A stretch of DNA of 64,000 nucleotides, from the NCBI GenBank assembly GCA_964016885.1, contig OZ024740.1, forward strand, positions 221,526,001 through 221,590,000, read 5' to 3'. The translations under genes were made by a program, and so were the position numbers. The stretch's first letter is position 1, and each line of letters begins with the position of its first letter. Origin of the DNA: Eledone cirrhosa (Eukaryota). Shown piece by piece: positions 36,973 through 51,658 of the stretch. The notes beneath the pieces are model-generated. The model saw nothing but the letters and a program-made list of their open reading frames with translations. It was not told where the DNA came from and searched no databases.

Positions 36973-37372
36973 GTAGAAGAGGAAGTATGCGTGTTCAAAT
37001 ACAGGAGTGAGTTTTATAACTCGTTCATCCACTTCATTTCCTTCGTCATACTAACGTCCATGTTTTTTTTCTCTCTCAGTTGGTTTTAGTTTTAACATAG
37101 TTTAAGGATATATAATGCTTGGACTGATTAAACATGGCCGAGAGGATTTAAATACAATACGCACACACACACACACATATATTTATATATATATATATAT
37201 GTATATATTTATATACATTATAAAACTCTTTTCTTTTTAAAGAATTGTTCCTCTCAGTTTTTTCAATAATGTCATTTTGACGAATCAAAGTGGAAAAAAA
37301 GAAAAACAGATCGTTAAATATATTTTCCGTGCTATTTCCAATTCCACCTTCTCTCTCTCTCTCTCCCACACT

Positions 37373-37458
<86 letters not shown>

Positions 37459-37534
37459 ATGTGTGTGTAGTTATATGTAGATATATATACACATACATAA
37501 TACATATGACTCTGTACAGTACATACAGTGTTTT

Positions 37535-37608
<74 letters not shown>

Positions 37609-37623
37609 CACACACACACACAA

Positions 37624-37685
<62 letters not shown>

Positions 37686-38107
37686 GTATACAAAGTAATT
37701 TGACGTAGATATACTAATAGTTTTATGACCTATCAGTATGTTTTGTCTATATAAAACACGGAAGGAAAGTGTGTGAGTTAAGTGAACGGGAGAAAGATTT
37801 GTCATTTTGATTTCACACATTCATTACAAACAATGTTACCACTCGCTCAGTCTTCACAGGAGGGATGGCTTTTTATTTGTTTATTCATTTATTTATCTAT
37901 GTATTTATTCGTTATCATTTAGCAAATTGATTCTGTCAGATAGAATAGTTTTAGCTCAATTAACTACCTAACTACGACATTACAAGTAAGAAATAGACTG
38001 CTTGAGCAGCAGATATCATTATCATTTTTTATTGTTGTTGTTTTTTGTGCTGTTGTTGTTGTTGTTGTTGTTGTTGTTATTATTATTATGATTATTATTG
38101 TTGTTGC

Positions 38108-38173
<66 letters not shown>

Positions 38174-39049
38174 GCAACTAAAAGATGATAACTTTCAAAA
38201 TAATGCAACGTATGCCGAGGCATGGTATTTGAGAATAAGTGGAAAACTGGAGGAGATTATTACTATCAGTTTCAAAATAGCCTTCAGCATGTTAATCAAC
38301 GTTCAGAGCGGAATGCGATATAATGAATATATGCATTCTGATTGTGTTGTATCGGAGGTGGCGAATTGACAGTCATAAGAATGTAAGAACAAGAAGATGT
38401 ATGTAGTTGAGTAAGTGTATATATGTGGACGTCCGAACGTGTATCCTCCGCCTTCAATTAATCTTCCCTCCGCCTCTTGGTCCTGGCCGACAGAATGGAG
38501 AATAAAACGCCCCGGAGGACGTTGAGGGAGATGCGCTGGAACAGCCACTTCCCCTCTCCTCTCTGGACAGAGCCCCCCCCCCCCAGTAATAGTGAGCAGA
38601 GATGTAGTTCTGGAGCAAACGCTTTCTGGTATTCATTTCGGTTCTCCGCGCAGTCTGAGTTCAAATTCCGCAGATGTCAACTGCGCCAGTCACCCTCTCG
38701 AGGTACCAGTCCAGAACTGGAGTCGATACTTCTTCTATATCTCTTTCTCCTTCCCTCTTTCTCACTCTTTCTCTTAAGGAAATCGGTTGCGTTAAGATCT
38801 GGAGAAGGAATGTACTCCATCATGTTTAAAGTGTATATCACGACGACACAACTGTAGCTCTTCTGTGACCCCATCAGGAGTTACTGGTGGAAAGGAAAAA
38901 AAAAATTGTTTCGACCAAATGCACGTTTCGTATTCATAAAGCCAAATTCAAACCGACTGCATGTTTTCTTGGGTCGACTCAAGCTATGTGAATTTAATTA
39001 GATAGACGGAGACTGATTAGAAACCTGTTGTATGGGCTATACCTGATAT

Positions 39050-39220
39050 TTAAAGAGCCAGTCATGTCACATGCGGTCTTGCTGAAACACCCTGTGAATT
39101 ACGTTAAAAGTACACGCATCTGTGGGGTGCTCAACCACTGGAAAGTTAATTTACTGAGCAGGCTGTTTTGTTGACTGACCAACTGGAACACTCATCTTCG
39201 AAACCAACGGAGATACATTT
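39050..39220 (-). mobile_element. Dispersed SINE-like repeat (family C) segment
   Basis: Minus strand CTCCGTTGGTTTCGAAGATGAGTGTTCCAGTTG...ACAGCCTGCTC matches 24934-25080. Confidence 0.7.
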
Positions 39221-39965
39221 ACCTTATATTTACCAGACTTTACTTTGCGTAATAGAGCATATAGTGTACAATCAAATATTGACAAAACAATGTTGCTCAG
39301 GTAGTTGATAGAAAGTGATATAATAATCAATAGATCAACATTTACAAACGTCTAACCAATTAGAGAATCTCCATCGGGTTATTTTACATACTAGAAATGA
39401 CAGCCAAATCTTCTCTTACTCAGACCCAACCACTGTCAAAAAATGAAAGCATGAATCTGAAATATATATTTTAAAAATACCAGCTGTCAAAAAAACAGTC
39501 GTCATGATTGTAAAAACAGCGATCATAAGTCTGCTCAATCAGAGTTAATTAAACAAAACAACTTTGCAAAATTCACTAATCCTTCATGCCCCAAGAATCT
39601 ACAGGACCTCTGTTTCTTGAGCGCTAGGCAATTGAAACATAACTCTTATCCATTATAGGACGATGGACAAATAAAAATAATTTTTTTATTTTAATGCTCC
39701 AACGAATGCATATAGAATAGAACATAAATAGTCATGACAAGCAAATTGACAATGATGTTCTATCTTTGGTGAAAAGACATATGAATAGGCGTAACAAAAC
39801 TCCGATATTAACTGTAGAACAGCTTTTCAACAGATTATCCAGATCTTAAATTTCAGAAAAAACAACGGGAAAATGATTGATGAGTTGGTGAAAAAGAAAT
39901 AAAAATCAGCCATTGCGGAGGCAAGACGGAAAATCAAGAAAACAACCTTCATGGCATGCATATAT

Positions 39966-40071
<106 letters not shown>

Positions 40072-40108
40072 TATATATATATATTTACATACATGTGTAT
40101 ATACATAT

Positions 40109-40149
<41 letters not shown>

Positions 40150-40154
<5 letters not shown>

Positions 40155-40250
40155 ATAATAATAAATTTGAAGACTAAAATCCAAAGAGGGCTCGATAAGG
40201 ATAAATTTATATCAGATATATAAGAACCGTAGAGAAAATATTTATTGTTA
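40150..40250 (-). mobile_element. Short 3'-terminal fragment of the Penelope-like family at 29038
   Basis: Matches 29038-29131; flanked by (TA)n. Confidence 0.7.
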
Positions 40251-40326
40251 TTTTAATAAATATATATATATATATATATATAGGTTTAGGAATAACCAAA
40301 GAGTGCTTAGAAATACATTGTTTTAT

Positions 40327-40376
40327 TAGCTAACAGTGTTTCATCCGTACCCTAAGGCAGGAATCATCAGAGCCTA
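40327..40376 (-). ncRNA. Type I hammerhead ribozyme motif
   Basis: UAGGCU-CUGAUGA-UUCCUGCC-UUAG-GGUACGGAU-GAAA-CACUG-UU/AGCUA, followed by AAUAAA and (TA)n. Confidence 0.72.
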
Positions 40377-41692
40377 TAAACAAGAGCATATCAATAGTTG
40401 CATGCTCCATCAAGCTGCGTCACCAGAACAAGGTGAAAGGACCAGCAGGGGTGTCCCGAGGCCAGCGCTATATAGAAAAAGACACAATACATGACGCATA
40501 TAATGTCATAAAATGTCATAAAAAATGTCATAAAAAATTACATCAAAGATCACATAAAAAATGTATCACTTACATGGTGCAATAGATGATAAGGAGGTTT
40601 GGAGGGGGTAGCAAGGAATGAGTGAAGGTGTTACTCAGCATGATAAAAAACAATAAAAAAAAACAATAAAAACATAGAAACAAAAAACAAAAAAACAAAA
40701 AAACAAACAAACAAACAAACAAAGCAAAGCATAGATACATCAAAGCACAATCAGTGTAAATACAGGATGTACAGGCAGATTAAGAGAGCTTGCAAACATG
40801 AGTCTGTGAGAAGGATAGTTGGTTAGCGGTGGTGCAGCTTTACATGTAGGATTGTCTATAGGAAGGTTATATCGCCTTATAACAGGTCGATCCTCCGTAT
40901 CTTATCAGCACCCTACGGACAACATCCATTGGTTCCAGTTCCGAGCGTTAGGCGAAGTAACACTATGTTTCCAAAACATATACTCCGGGGATTTATCCGG
41001 ATAGGCAGTCAGCGATAAACCCCTAAAATCTAAAATAAAATAAAGTACGATGAATTGAAGAAAAGTAGTACAGCCGGCACTCCAGTAAGGAAATTGAAAA
41101 TACGACAGGTCCGCAATAACTCCAATCTCCCAAAGTCCTCACGTTCGGTCAGTCAACCCAACGTCCCAAGTGAAATTCACTGGATGGCCGAATCGGCATC
41201 GAAATAAATTGTCATACCGTATACAATTATACCGCTGTAAATGTAAATCGTGATGGCTATTCCGTCACATAAACAGAAGGTGTATACAGAGAACCCCGTT
41301 TCCAGTATTACCTATGGCAGAGTGAGGGGAAAACATGTGGTTACAATAATAAGCGGGTTTATTAGGTTGGGTGCAAGTTTCTGTAGAAAATATAGAAAAC
41401 TGACGCCTAAAACTGTCAATGACAGCTAAGTTATTTACATGTCCGCCACGTGGTTTTCGTGTAGATTACTGAATCCGGAGGTTGTAATCTATTCACAGTC
41501 GGGTGTGACCCCTCCTGGGTCGGCCGGAAGTCAATATCTACGGCTCTGTAGTATACCAGTTATCCTACATTGAGCTAAAAACCATACTGTCATACCAAGG
41601 GCAATATATCTGCGTGTCTGGGCACATTGATATATTTGTCAACGAAACTATATACAGTACTATAAATATATATATATATATAGGTATATACA

Positions 41693-41747
<55 letters not shown>

Positions 41748-41757
41748 TATATATATA

Positions 41758-41862
<105 letters not shown>

Positions 41863-42092
41863 GTATATATGTATATATATATATATATGTATGTAGTGAA
41901 AGAGTGAAGAATAACATGGTCAACAGTACAAAAAGGGTTTTATTTACAGCATTAACAATTGTTTCATTGATTAGGGTGTCTAAACCCCACTATTAGGCTA
42001 AATCATTTCTTTAATTTCTTTAGTCAAAATACGGCGATAGCTTACATTTCTAATAATTTCAAACCCACCAGCCGTTTCGAACATATTCTTAC

Positions 42093-42123
<31 letters not shown>

Positions 42124-42465
42124 AGCATTGTGGAATAATAAGGTAAATTTCTTTAAGTCGTTTGGAAGCCTCGACAATGCAAATGGGTAAATCTCGGGGC
42201 AACAAGATCCGGTGGTGGAGAGAGAGATGTAAGTGGGTGTACGTTGAGATGCGTGGCGTGTATAAGACGTGTAGAGGAAAGAAGGAAAGAGCGTAAAGGA
42301 TAAAAATAAAAATAACAACACGAGAGAGAGTTACCTCGGGAGAGATTTAATTGTCCCTATATATTTCTGATTCACATCCATCAACTGGGGTTTTTTTCCG
42401 GGGTGGGGGAAAGGTTGTCTGTCGGAAAGGTGCGAAACGTGTCCTCCGCTGTTCGTTGTTTTGAA

Positions 42466-42609
<144 letters not shown>

Positions 42610-42642
42610 CATATGTATGTATATATATATATATATATATAT

Positions 42643-43418
42643 AAATGTTCCTTCTCTCTTCATAATGTATTTTTAACTCTGATACTGGTTCAGTCTAATT
42701 CAAGCGGATTGGTCTGTCCCAGTCATTCATTGAGCAACATCGGTAAGGTTGGCACCATTAACTCACGGTTGGGTGTGGATGCATTCATGTATATGTGTGT
42801 GTCCGCATGTATCTGTGTGTTTCTAAATATATTGTTCATAACTCTCTCTGGTCGAGTAATCTTTGAAGTGTGGTGACTGCTGGAAAGCTGCCATTACTCA
42901 TACTTCTCTCCCCCTTCACCACCTCTTCTACGGCTTCGATATAAATACCCCCTCCGCCTCCGTGGTATTTTCTTCGGGGTTATAGGAGGCTTAGCTCTGT
43001 TTCTCGACCGTTATATCGCGTGACTATCTCCCCCTCCGCTTTTGGGATTCTTTCTCACGTCATGTAGACGCGTTCTTGAGGCTAGTAAAACGAGGTATCC
43101 TCTTGATAAGTCGGCAGATCTCGCAGGGACTCTATATCTTTATGATGTATTGTTTTTGTTTATGCCACGAAACTACGTAGTCGAGGAATTTAGAAGCAGT
43201 TTAGGTATGATACATTTTATTACTAATTATATCTAAATGTTCCTTCTCTCTTCATAATGTATTTTTAACTCTGATACTGGTTCAGTCTAATTCAACCGGA
43301 TTGGTCTGTCCCAGTCATTCATTGAGCAACATCGGTAAGGTTGGCACCATTAACTCACGGTTGGGTGTGGATGCATTCATGTATATGTGTGTGTCCGCAT
43401 GTATCTGTGTGTTTCTAA

Positions 43419-43425
<7 letters not shown>
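42643..43425. repeat. ~190 bp near-identical direct repeats around a ~400 bp core, between (TA)n tracts
   Basis: 42643-42833 matches 43235-43425; one substitution seen. Confidence 0.88.
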
Positions 43426-43458
<33 letters not shown>

Positions 43459-45921
43459 CTAAGCACAATATAGTACATAAAGATGAAGTTTCAGACGAAG
43501 ATTCAGTGAAGATGTAGCTGCCAGACGCGTTGAAGCAGGCATATGAACAGAACAAAAGACGTGCTTTTTCTGAACCTAAGACTAAATTGTCTAATGTGTT
43601 CTTCCATCTTTTCAGACTGTAAGATAGGTAGTAGACGTAATCTGTAGCCTGATTAACACCACCATTTGACCATTGAGTGTCTTTAGCAGAGTGTATTCTG
43701 CTGCAAGTATTCAGGGCATGTGTGGGGATTCCTTCGTCTTTTTCCCTTCCCCCTTACCTGACTTGATATCCTGAAAGTGGTCAAAAACACTGTCTTTTCC
43801 TACACGACTAAACAATAAATAACCTCCGTTAATAGGGGAATTGTCCACTTTATAAAATAATCTACTTGTCGGTTAGCGGTTAAATCCTAGAAAAAAACCC
43901 AACTGATTTGAAAGTGTAATCTAGTGCACGAGTACATATTAGTGAACCCAGATCTATACGAAAAAAGCACTTTGTGAATGTAGAAAATTCTATTGCATGT
44001 TGATGGAACGAGGTGTAGTCAGTTCCGAGTTTTTTTTTTTTTTTTTTTTGCGGAACGGCATTGTGGTCTACTTCATTGGGTTTTTTTGTGATAGAGGGCG
44101 AAATTTAGGACTGCTTTTGGTAGCACCAAGTTTAGTTACGCCGCAAGCGTTAAGTTCAGTGTAGAGATGTTTTTAAAGATAGCACGCTACAACTAGAAAC
44201 ATTGAAACATTGAAAAGGTAAATTGCAATATATAAGGAGTACATCTGGCAAGCAAACGCAGAAGTGAAAGAAATGATAAAACGATAAAGAACTAGCAAAA
44301 TATACTAGAAAGCTTTTTTTTTGGTCGCTCGTTCTGCTAGAAACACCAGTTATCCCACACTACTGTCATACAAAAAGAAAAAAAATATCTTGGCTAATAT
44401 AATCCGAGATATACAAAAAGACGAGTTATGTCAGCGGGTAATTATATCGCAGTAAATACATGTTCTTTAATTTCATCAGCTGGTAACTACCTTGACAGGA
44501 AATTACATCGAGAACCATATATTGTAAGTAAATTCTTTTTTATGCTTTTTATCTGCAGAGTAAATATATCGCTAAACATTATTTAAAGGATTTATTAGCA
44601 GAGTAAATAAATATCTCGCATTCCATTAACGATAAAAAAGAAAAAAAATTCATAAAACAAAACGATAAAAAAATATATTAAGAATAATAAAATATACGTG
44701 AAAAATAAGTCAGAGTTACTTTTCAAGTAGAAAATCTTGCCCACCCAAAGCCCTCCAAATACAGTAAAAAGTTATTTGAAATCTTAAGAAATATGAAACG
44801 ACAAATTATGAGCAATTCCCTTTAAATAATCCAGTATTTCACGATTTTGATATTTATTGATGATGTACTTAGTTTTTTGGATTTTTTAAAGATTAAAAAA
44901 AACCTTTTAAATCGTAGTATGATGGGATGTGTCGATGAGAATTGTTTGTCTTAGAGACATACGCTCCTCGAGACTGCATTAAACAATACGAAAAAGCATT
45001 ATCAAGGTGAGGACGTCGACTTAGTAGATGACGGTTTGGGCATCCAATCTTACATAACCTCTACTTATTTTCGCCATATAAACTGAGAAAAATATAAAAA
45101 ATGATCTAAAAGCATAAATGTCAGTTTTTTCAAAATGTGTCATAATTATGTTTGGTGATAAGATAGTCTCTAAGGATATCAGTTCTAAGAAAAGCCTGCT
45201 GTAAGTCTTTTCAGTTGTTCAGGCAACAGGCCAAGTGTCACCATTCATGACGTCTTGTATCATGTGAAGCTGATTGAATAAAAGTGGAACCGTCTTGAAA
45301 ATCTTATCTGCTTACCAATATTTTGCATTGGATAAACAACTGAAAATGTTTTTTGTTTTTTTTTAGACGAGAATGAAATATTATCCTTGTCCATCATTAT
45401 TGTCGAATATCAGAAAAGATTGATCGGATTGTGTATTCATCCAGAAAAGATAGAATGGATTCTAAGCTGGAGTAAATTGTCTGGATTGGGAAGAGAAAAT
45501 GCTGCCAAATTTAGAGCATTTCGGTTGTTCCTTTCCGGGAGGTGGATTGTGGGCAGTCGATCAACTCAACAGAATTATTCATAAACTTGGATTACAATGA
45601 AATAAGATGATTCCTAAGTTGTAAGTGTTACATTTTCAGTTGTTAAATTGAGTTTAGCGGCTTCAGTATTTACGATATTGTCTATATGATTGCATTCTCC
45701 AAGCTGTTTCATAGCAGAATACTTGTATGTTTAATATTGGTTAAATTTGCAAATATGTTCAACAAGAGAGTAACATTTTTTCTTTGATTCATCCTATTAT
45801 TATTTCATCTAATGAGGAAACCACAATAACAATCTCAAAGTAAATAAAATATCGCTGCTCTCTGTCTCTCTATCCCTCTCTCATTCTCCCTCCCCTCTCT
45901 ATCTCTCTCTCTCCACACAAA

Positions 45922-45960
<39 letters not shown>

Positions 45961-46354
45961 CCCCCCCCACACAAACACACACACAAACACACACACAAAT
46001 ATATATTCTGATATGGAGTGTCTACAAAATTTCAATTGTTACATTACGTCTTGAAGGGCGATGTTTTGGCAGGACCGTTAGAGCATCAAATACCCTGTTC
46101 GTGGTTAACGAAAAATGGCGCTTTAAAACTTGTAATGTATAGCGAGGAATTTAAACCGTGGATTAAAAATGATAATTTATTGGTTTGTGAGTGAAGTGTA
46201 TATCTGAATTGGAATAGATACAGCCCATGCTGTATAAGGATGTCATAAGGATGTGTCGGTGCCAGGAAAGGTGTTCGGCAGTAAAACATTGCTTCAAAAA
46301 AAGACTCCACGCCACTCCACGAGAAATATGAATCCTGTCACGCGGTTCACAAAG

Positions 46355-46757
46355 CTAACCACCACCACCCTTCCACTACCACCACCACCATCACCACTAC
46401 CACAAAATCACCATCACCCCTTCCACCACCACAACCACTATCACCACTACCACCAAATCACAATCACCCCCTTCCACCACCACCACCACTACCACCTCCT
46501 TCTACCACCACTACTACTACCCCCTTCCACCACCACCGCACCACCCCTAACACCCACTTACACAACCACCACCACCACTACTACCACATCACCATCACCA
46601 CTACCACCACTACCACCACTACCACCACCACCACCACCACCACCAACACAAATGCCACCAACACCACCACCACCACCACCAACAACAACACCAATACCAC
46701 CATCACCACCACTACCACTACCACCACCACCACCACCACATCACCACAACCACCACC

Positions 46758-46788
<31 letters not shown>

Positions 46789-47330
46789 CAAACGCCACCA
46801 CCACCACCAACACCAAACGCCACCAACACCACCACCACCACCACCACCGCCGCCAACACCAATACCACCTTCACCACCACTACCACTACTACCACCACCA
46901 CCAACAACAACAACAACACAAACGCCACCACCAACACCAAACGCCACCAACACCACCAACACCAACAGCACCACCACCATCACCACCACCACCACCACCA
47001 CCACCACCACCACCACCACCACCACCAACACCAACACCACCACCAACACCACCACCAACACCACCACATCCACATCCACCACCACATCCACCACCACCAC
47101 CACCACCGCCATCACCACCATCACCACCAACGCCACCAACACCACCACCACCACCACCGCCGCCACCACCACCGCCACCACCACCACCAACACCACCACC
47201 AACACCACCACATCCACATCCACCACTACCACCACCACCACCAACACCACCACCGCCTCCACCACCAACACCAACACCACCACCAACACCACCACATCCA
47301 CCACCACCACCACCGCCGCCACCACCACTT
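46355..47330. repeat. (CCA)n degenerate trinucleotide tract
   Basis: Direct reading. Confidence 0.95.
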
Positions 47331-47836
47331 ATCCAATATTACCACCAACACTTGTCCAATATTAATGTTTGTTCTTTCTGCCCCTTCTAACATTACTTCG
47401 AGTAGTTAGTAGCCCTTATACCGCACTACATCAGTTTTTGCTCTGTCTGCCGCTACTAAAGTGATTTCTCCTCCTCTGAATTGTACCATAAACGAAGAAA
47501 CACGTGACATTTCTAATACATAGTTGAATAATCACTGAATTATAAAGACTCTAGTGTAGCACTAGTAATAAATCTGCTATAATATGTTGGTTCATTGATT
47601 CATTCATCCATTCATTCCGTTCCGCTGGGCTCTTATTGGTTACTTTTGTTATCCAATACAATATCTGGTTACAGTTGCTTCCGTCTATGTATCAAATGAA
47701 TGGTTTTAATCAAACTCTAATCCAAATCTTTCACACTCGCGCTTGTACATATGTACACACACACACACACACACGCACGCGCATACACACACGCACACAC
47801 ACACACACACACACGCACACACACACACACACACAT

Positions 47837-47879
<43 letters not shown>

Positions 47880-47979
47880 TACATAAATACGTACATACAT
47901 ACATATATTTATATGTCTCTCCTTCTTTACATATATATGTATACATATATATATATATATGTATATATATCATCTCTCA

Positions 47980-48055
<76 letters not shown>

Positions 48056-48070
48056 GTGTGTGTGTGTGTA

Positions 48071-48180
<110 letters not shown>

Positions 48181-49579
48181 AAGAATGCGAGTAACAGAAG
48201 GTGTGAACATTCTCATAATCCGTGAGTGTACATACGAAGTTGCCGCCATTATCCCAGATGTATTATGCAGAATATCATTTTCAACTGTTAAGGATAAATG
48301 AGGTTCCCAAATCCTAGCTTGAAATGATTGGGATCGTTCAATCCAGCTATATATGAATATCCGTAGAGCCATTCAACTTTTTAAAATATACATTAATCAT
48401 CAATATATTGACTGTTATTTGCTTCAATGCTTTGTAAAGAAATCGATGAATGAATAGATTTTTTTTTCTTTTTGCTGATATTCAATGCAATGCATTACAT
48501 TTGATCATTTAAAGCAAAGTCCATATTTTTGCACAGTAAGCTCTCTAGATCAATTTATATATTTGAATTTGGAGTAGTAACTAAAAGCTGATTGGTTCTT
48601 TTTAATGTTTAGCCAGGGATGGAATATCAATCAGTGTCCATGATGTTTTTCAGACAACTTGAAACAAGTTGGAAAGAGGGAGGGATGGAGAGAGGAAGCT
48701 GTCTTCAAACCGGATACGAGGTCTGAATGCTTACAACAAGATGGACTCCGCAAAAGGAACCTAAGGTGCCAGGTAGTCGTGTTAAACCAGGCGTCTGATT
48801 AAGTTTCCCGACCGTGGTGATGTGTTTAATCCGCCAATTAAATGAACGATGGTATAATATTTTGTGATTGCTGTGTATATCTAGTTTAGAATAGATATAC
48901 ACACCTTATGCTTGTGTGTCGTAAGAACTAAGAACAGAAAAAGCAGCAACTGAACAATAACTAGAACAATTAATACATAATGGCAATGAATTCTTGTTAA
49001 AAATATGGTCACAAACGTGTTTAAGCTTTTAACCATATCACTTTCACAATCAATCATTCCCCACACATACCTTACTTTATCCATCAACTATATGTACCAT
49101 ATTACATAAAGACAATGTATATTTGATTCGTCGCATTTGTGTGTGTGGGTGGGGGTGGGGGGTGTCTTTGAAACTAGATACGTAAAGATGGCGAGTAAGC
49201 AATAAAAGTGCAGCAGTGTGTAGTTGCAGAGAAGGTATATGAAGTATGCTTTCTCGACATCTAAAATCTGCAATATCATTTACAAGCAAATACTTGAGGT
49301 ATGCTGCTTGAATTGTTACTATAATGATAAATGCAACCAAATTCTATCTATTATATGCATGCATACATGGTTCCGTAATTGCTGGAGGGGAGGGGGGTAT
49401 AGAGGCACCGTATTGACATACGGTGTTTCTAGGGTATTTTTTAAACCTAGCGCATCACATCCTTCTCCAGGTTTGAACACAGCAGATTTCTTCCAGAGAC
49501 TTATATATATAGGGAGAGAGAGAGTGAGAGAGTGAGAGAGAGAGAGAGAAAGAAAGTGAGAAAGAGATATAGAGGAAGA

Positions 49580-49731
49580 ATCGACCCCAGTACTTGACTA
49601 GTAGTATTTTTATCGACCTTAAAAGTATGAAAAGCAAAGTTGACCCCAGCGGGATTTGAACTCAGAAAGAAGAAATGAATGTTGCGAAGCATTCTCTCCG
49701 ATGTTCTAACGACTCTGCCAATTCGCTGCCT
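49580..49731 (-). mobile_element. SINE family A, diverged copy
   Basis: TTATCGACC...ATGAAAAGCAAAGTTGAC...GGGATTTGAACTCAG. Confidence 0.75.
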
Positions 49732-49986
49732 ATATTATATGACTTTCTTCTTATTCTCAACAATATACTCATTATTAATGCAATACATTGAACCAATTCT
49801 TATATATAATACATATTCATAAACACACACACATACACACAGAGACAAGCGCGCGCGGGCGCACACGCACACAAAGAAAAAAAGCAATTTACGAAAATAT
49901 GAAGAATGCAAGTTGATGTTTTTGGTAAAGATAATACACACACACACACACATACACACACACACACATACAGACACACACACACA

Positions 49987-50105
<119 letters not shown>

Positions 50106-50388
50106 TGATAGAAATCGAACTCGCATCTAATAACAACATTGCGACACAACTATTTCACCTCAGCTAGTCCAGTTTTCTTTAATATCATACCAAAATACAT
50201 TAAAACAGAAACAGATCCCATAAGATTTAAAATGTCCCTGAACAAATACCCCCAAGAAATTCATAATAAACACGTGGATATATCTCCGAAAACAATAACT
50301 CCTTACTAGAGTGGGTCGTGGTATCCAAAACATGACAGATGAGAATCATGATCGGAAAGATTTCGCCAGGTGGTGTTATTAAGTTATA

Positions 50389-50580
50389 CGGGCGGTGGAT
50401 TGGCAGTATCGGTAAAGGGTCGGACGCCATACTTTGCAGCAAAGAGTTACGGCCCTTTATGGTCTGAGTTTAAATCCCGCAGAGGTTAACTTTGCCTTTC
50501 ATCCTTACGGGGTCGATGAAATAAAGTACCAGTAGTGCATTGGGATAATTGCTGGCCTTGTGCCAAAAGTAGAAATAGTT
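50389..50580 (+). mobile_element. SINE family A (short-tail form)
   Basis: GGGCGGTGGATTGGCAGTATCGG head through GTAGAAA tail. Confidence 0.88.
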
Positions 50581-50731
50581 ATTAAGTTATACAAGGCCTG
50601 GAACAACACTGGCCGAAACATATCAAAGTGTTTGTGTCAATATATATATATATTTATACACCAGTGAGGCAGCGACAGTCGACAACACAACTGCTAATAT
50701 TTTGGCTGCTGCTACTACCACCACATCACCA

Positions 50732-50830
<99 letters not shown>

Positions 50831-51050
50831 AAAATGTGAATTTATATATATGTAAACAATATTTTCTAATATTCTCTTCTAATTAATATACACCTTAACT
50901 TTATTATTTGTTCTTTATATTTTTCCTAGTATGAAGAAGTCGAAATTTTTATCGACTGAAACCGGTACTAAAATTGTTTTTTAAAAAATGTTTTTCTGTT
51001 TTTTTTTATGATAAAATTCTATTAACATTTTCTACTGCTTTCTTATTTTC

Positions 51051-51087
<37 letters not shown>

Positions 51088-51468
51088 TTACAATTGCGGT
51101 GATCGGCCGTGTCTTTCTCCTCTCGACCACTCAGTCCTGAACTTAAGTTCTCTTATCGAGTGGTCTTGGATTTCCTATCGTACATTGCTCGGATGGTGTT
51201 TTTTTTTGCTGTTTTGTTACTGTTTCCTCTTTTCTTCTCCTTTGCTTTCCTTCCCTCCTTCTTCCGTTTTCCCAATAATTTATCCAGGTATTGACGCCCT
51301 GGGGCGCGGTATATTGTCTTTAAAGCGTAGAAATATCCGAGACCCCAGTAGACAACTGATGAAACTTCCCTCCCCCGTTCTTGCTTTCTTCGTATTCCCA
51401 CTGCATTTTAAGTTACCTTAAATAGCAACTACACAGCCATTTCTATTTTCCATACACACACACACACG

Positions 51469-51563
<95 letters not shown>

Positions 51564-51590
51564 ACACACACACACATATATATATATATG

Positions 51591-51657
<67 letters not shown>

Positions 51658-51658
<1 letters not shown>

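Noticed and set aside
41948-42000. Hammerhead on the minus strand (GAAACAAUUGUU)
   Set aside because: No recognisable CUGANGA or stem I.
42675-42730. SECIS-like hairpin on the minus strand
   Set aside because: AUGA is present but the 3' GA of the quartet is missing.
46253-47365. Pro/Thr-rich mucin- or extensin-like ORF
   Set aside because: (CCA)n repeat that lacks stops by composition.
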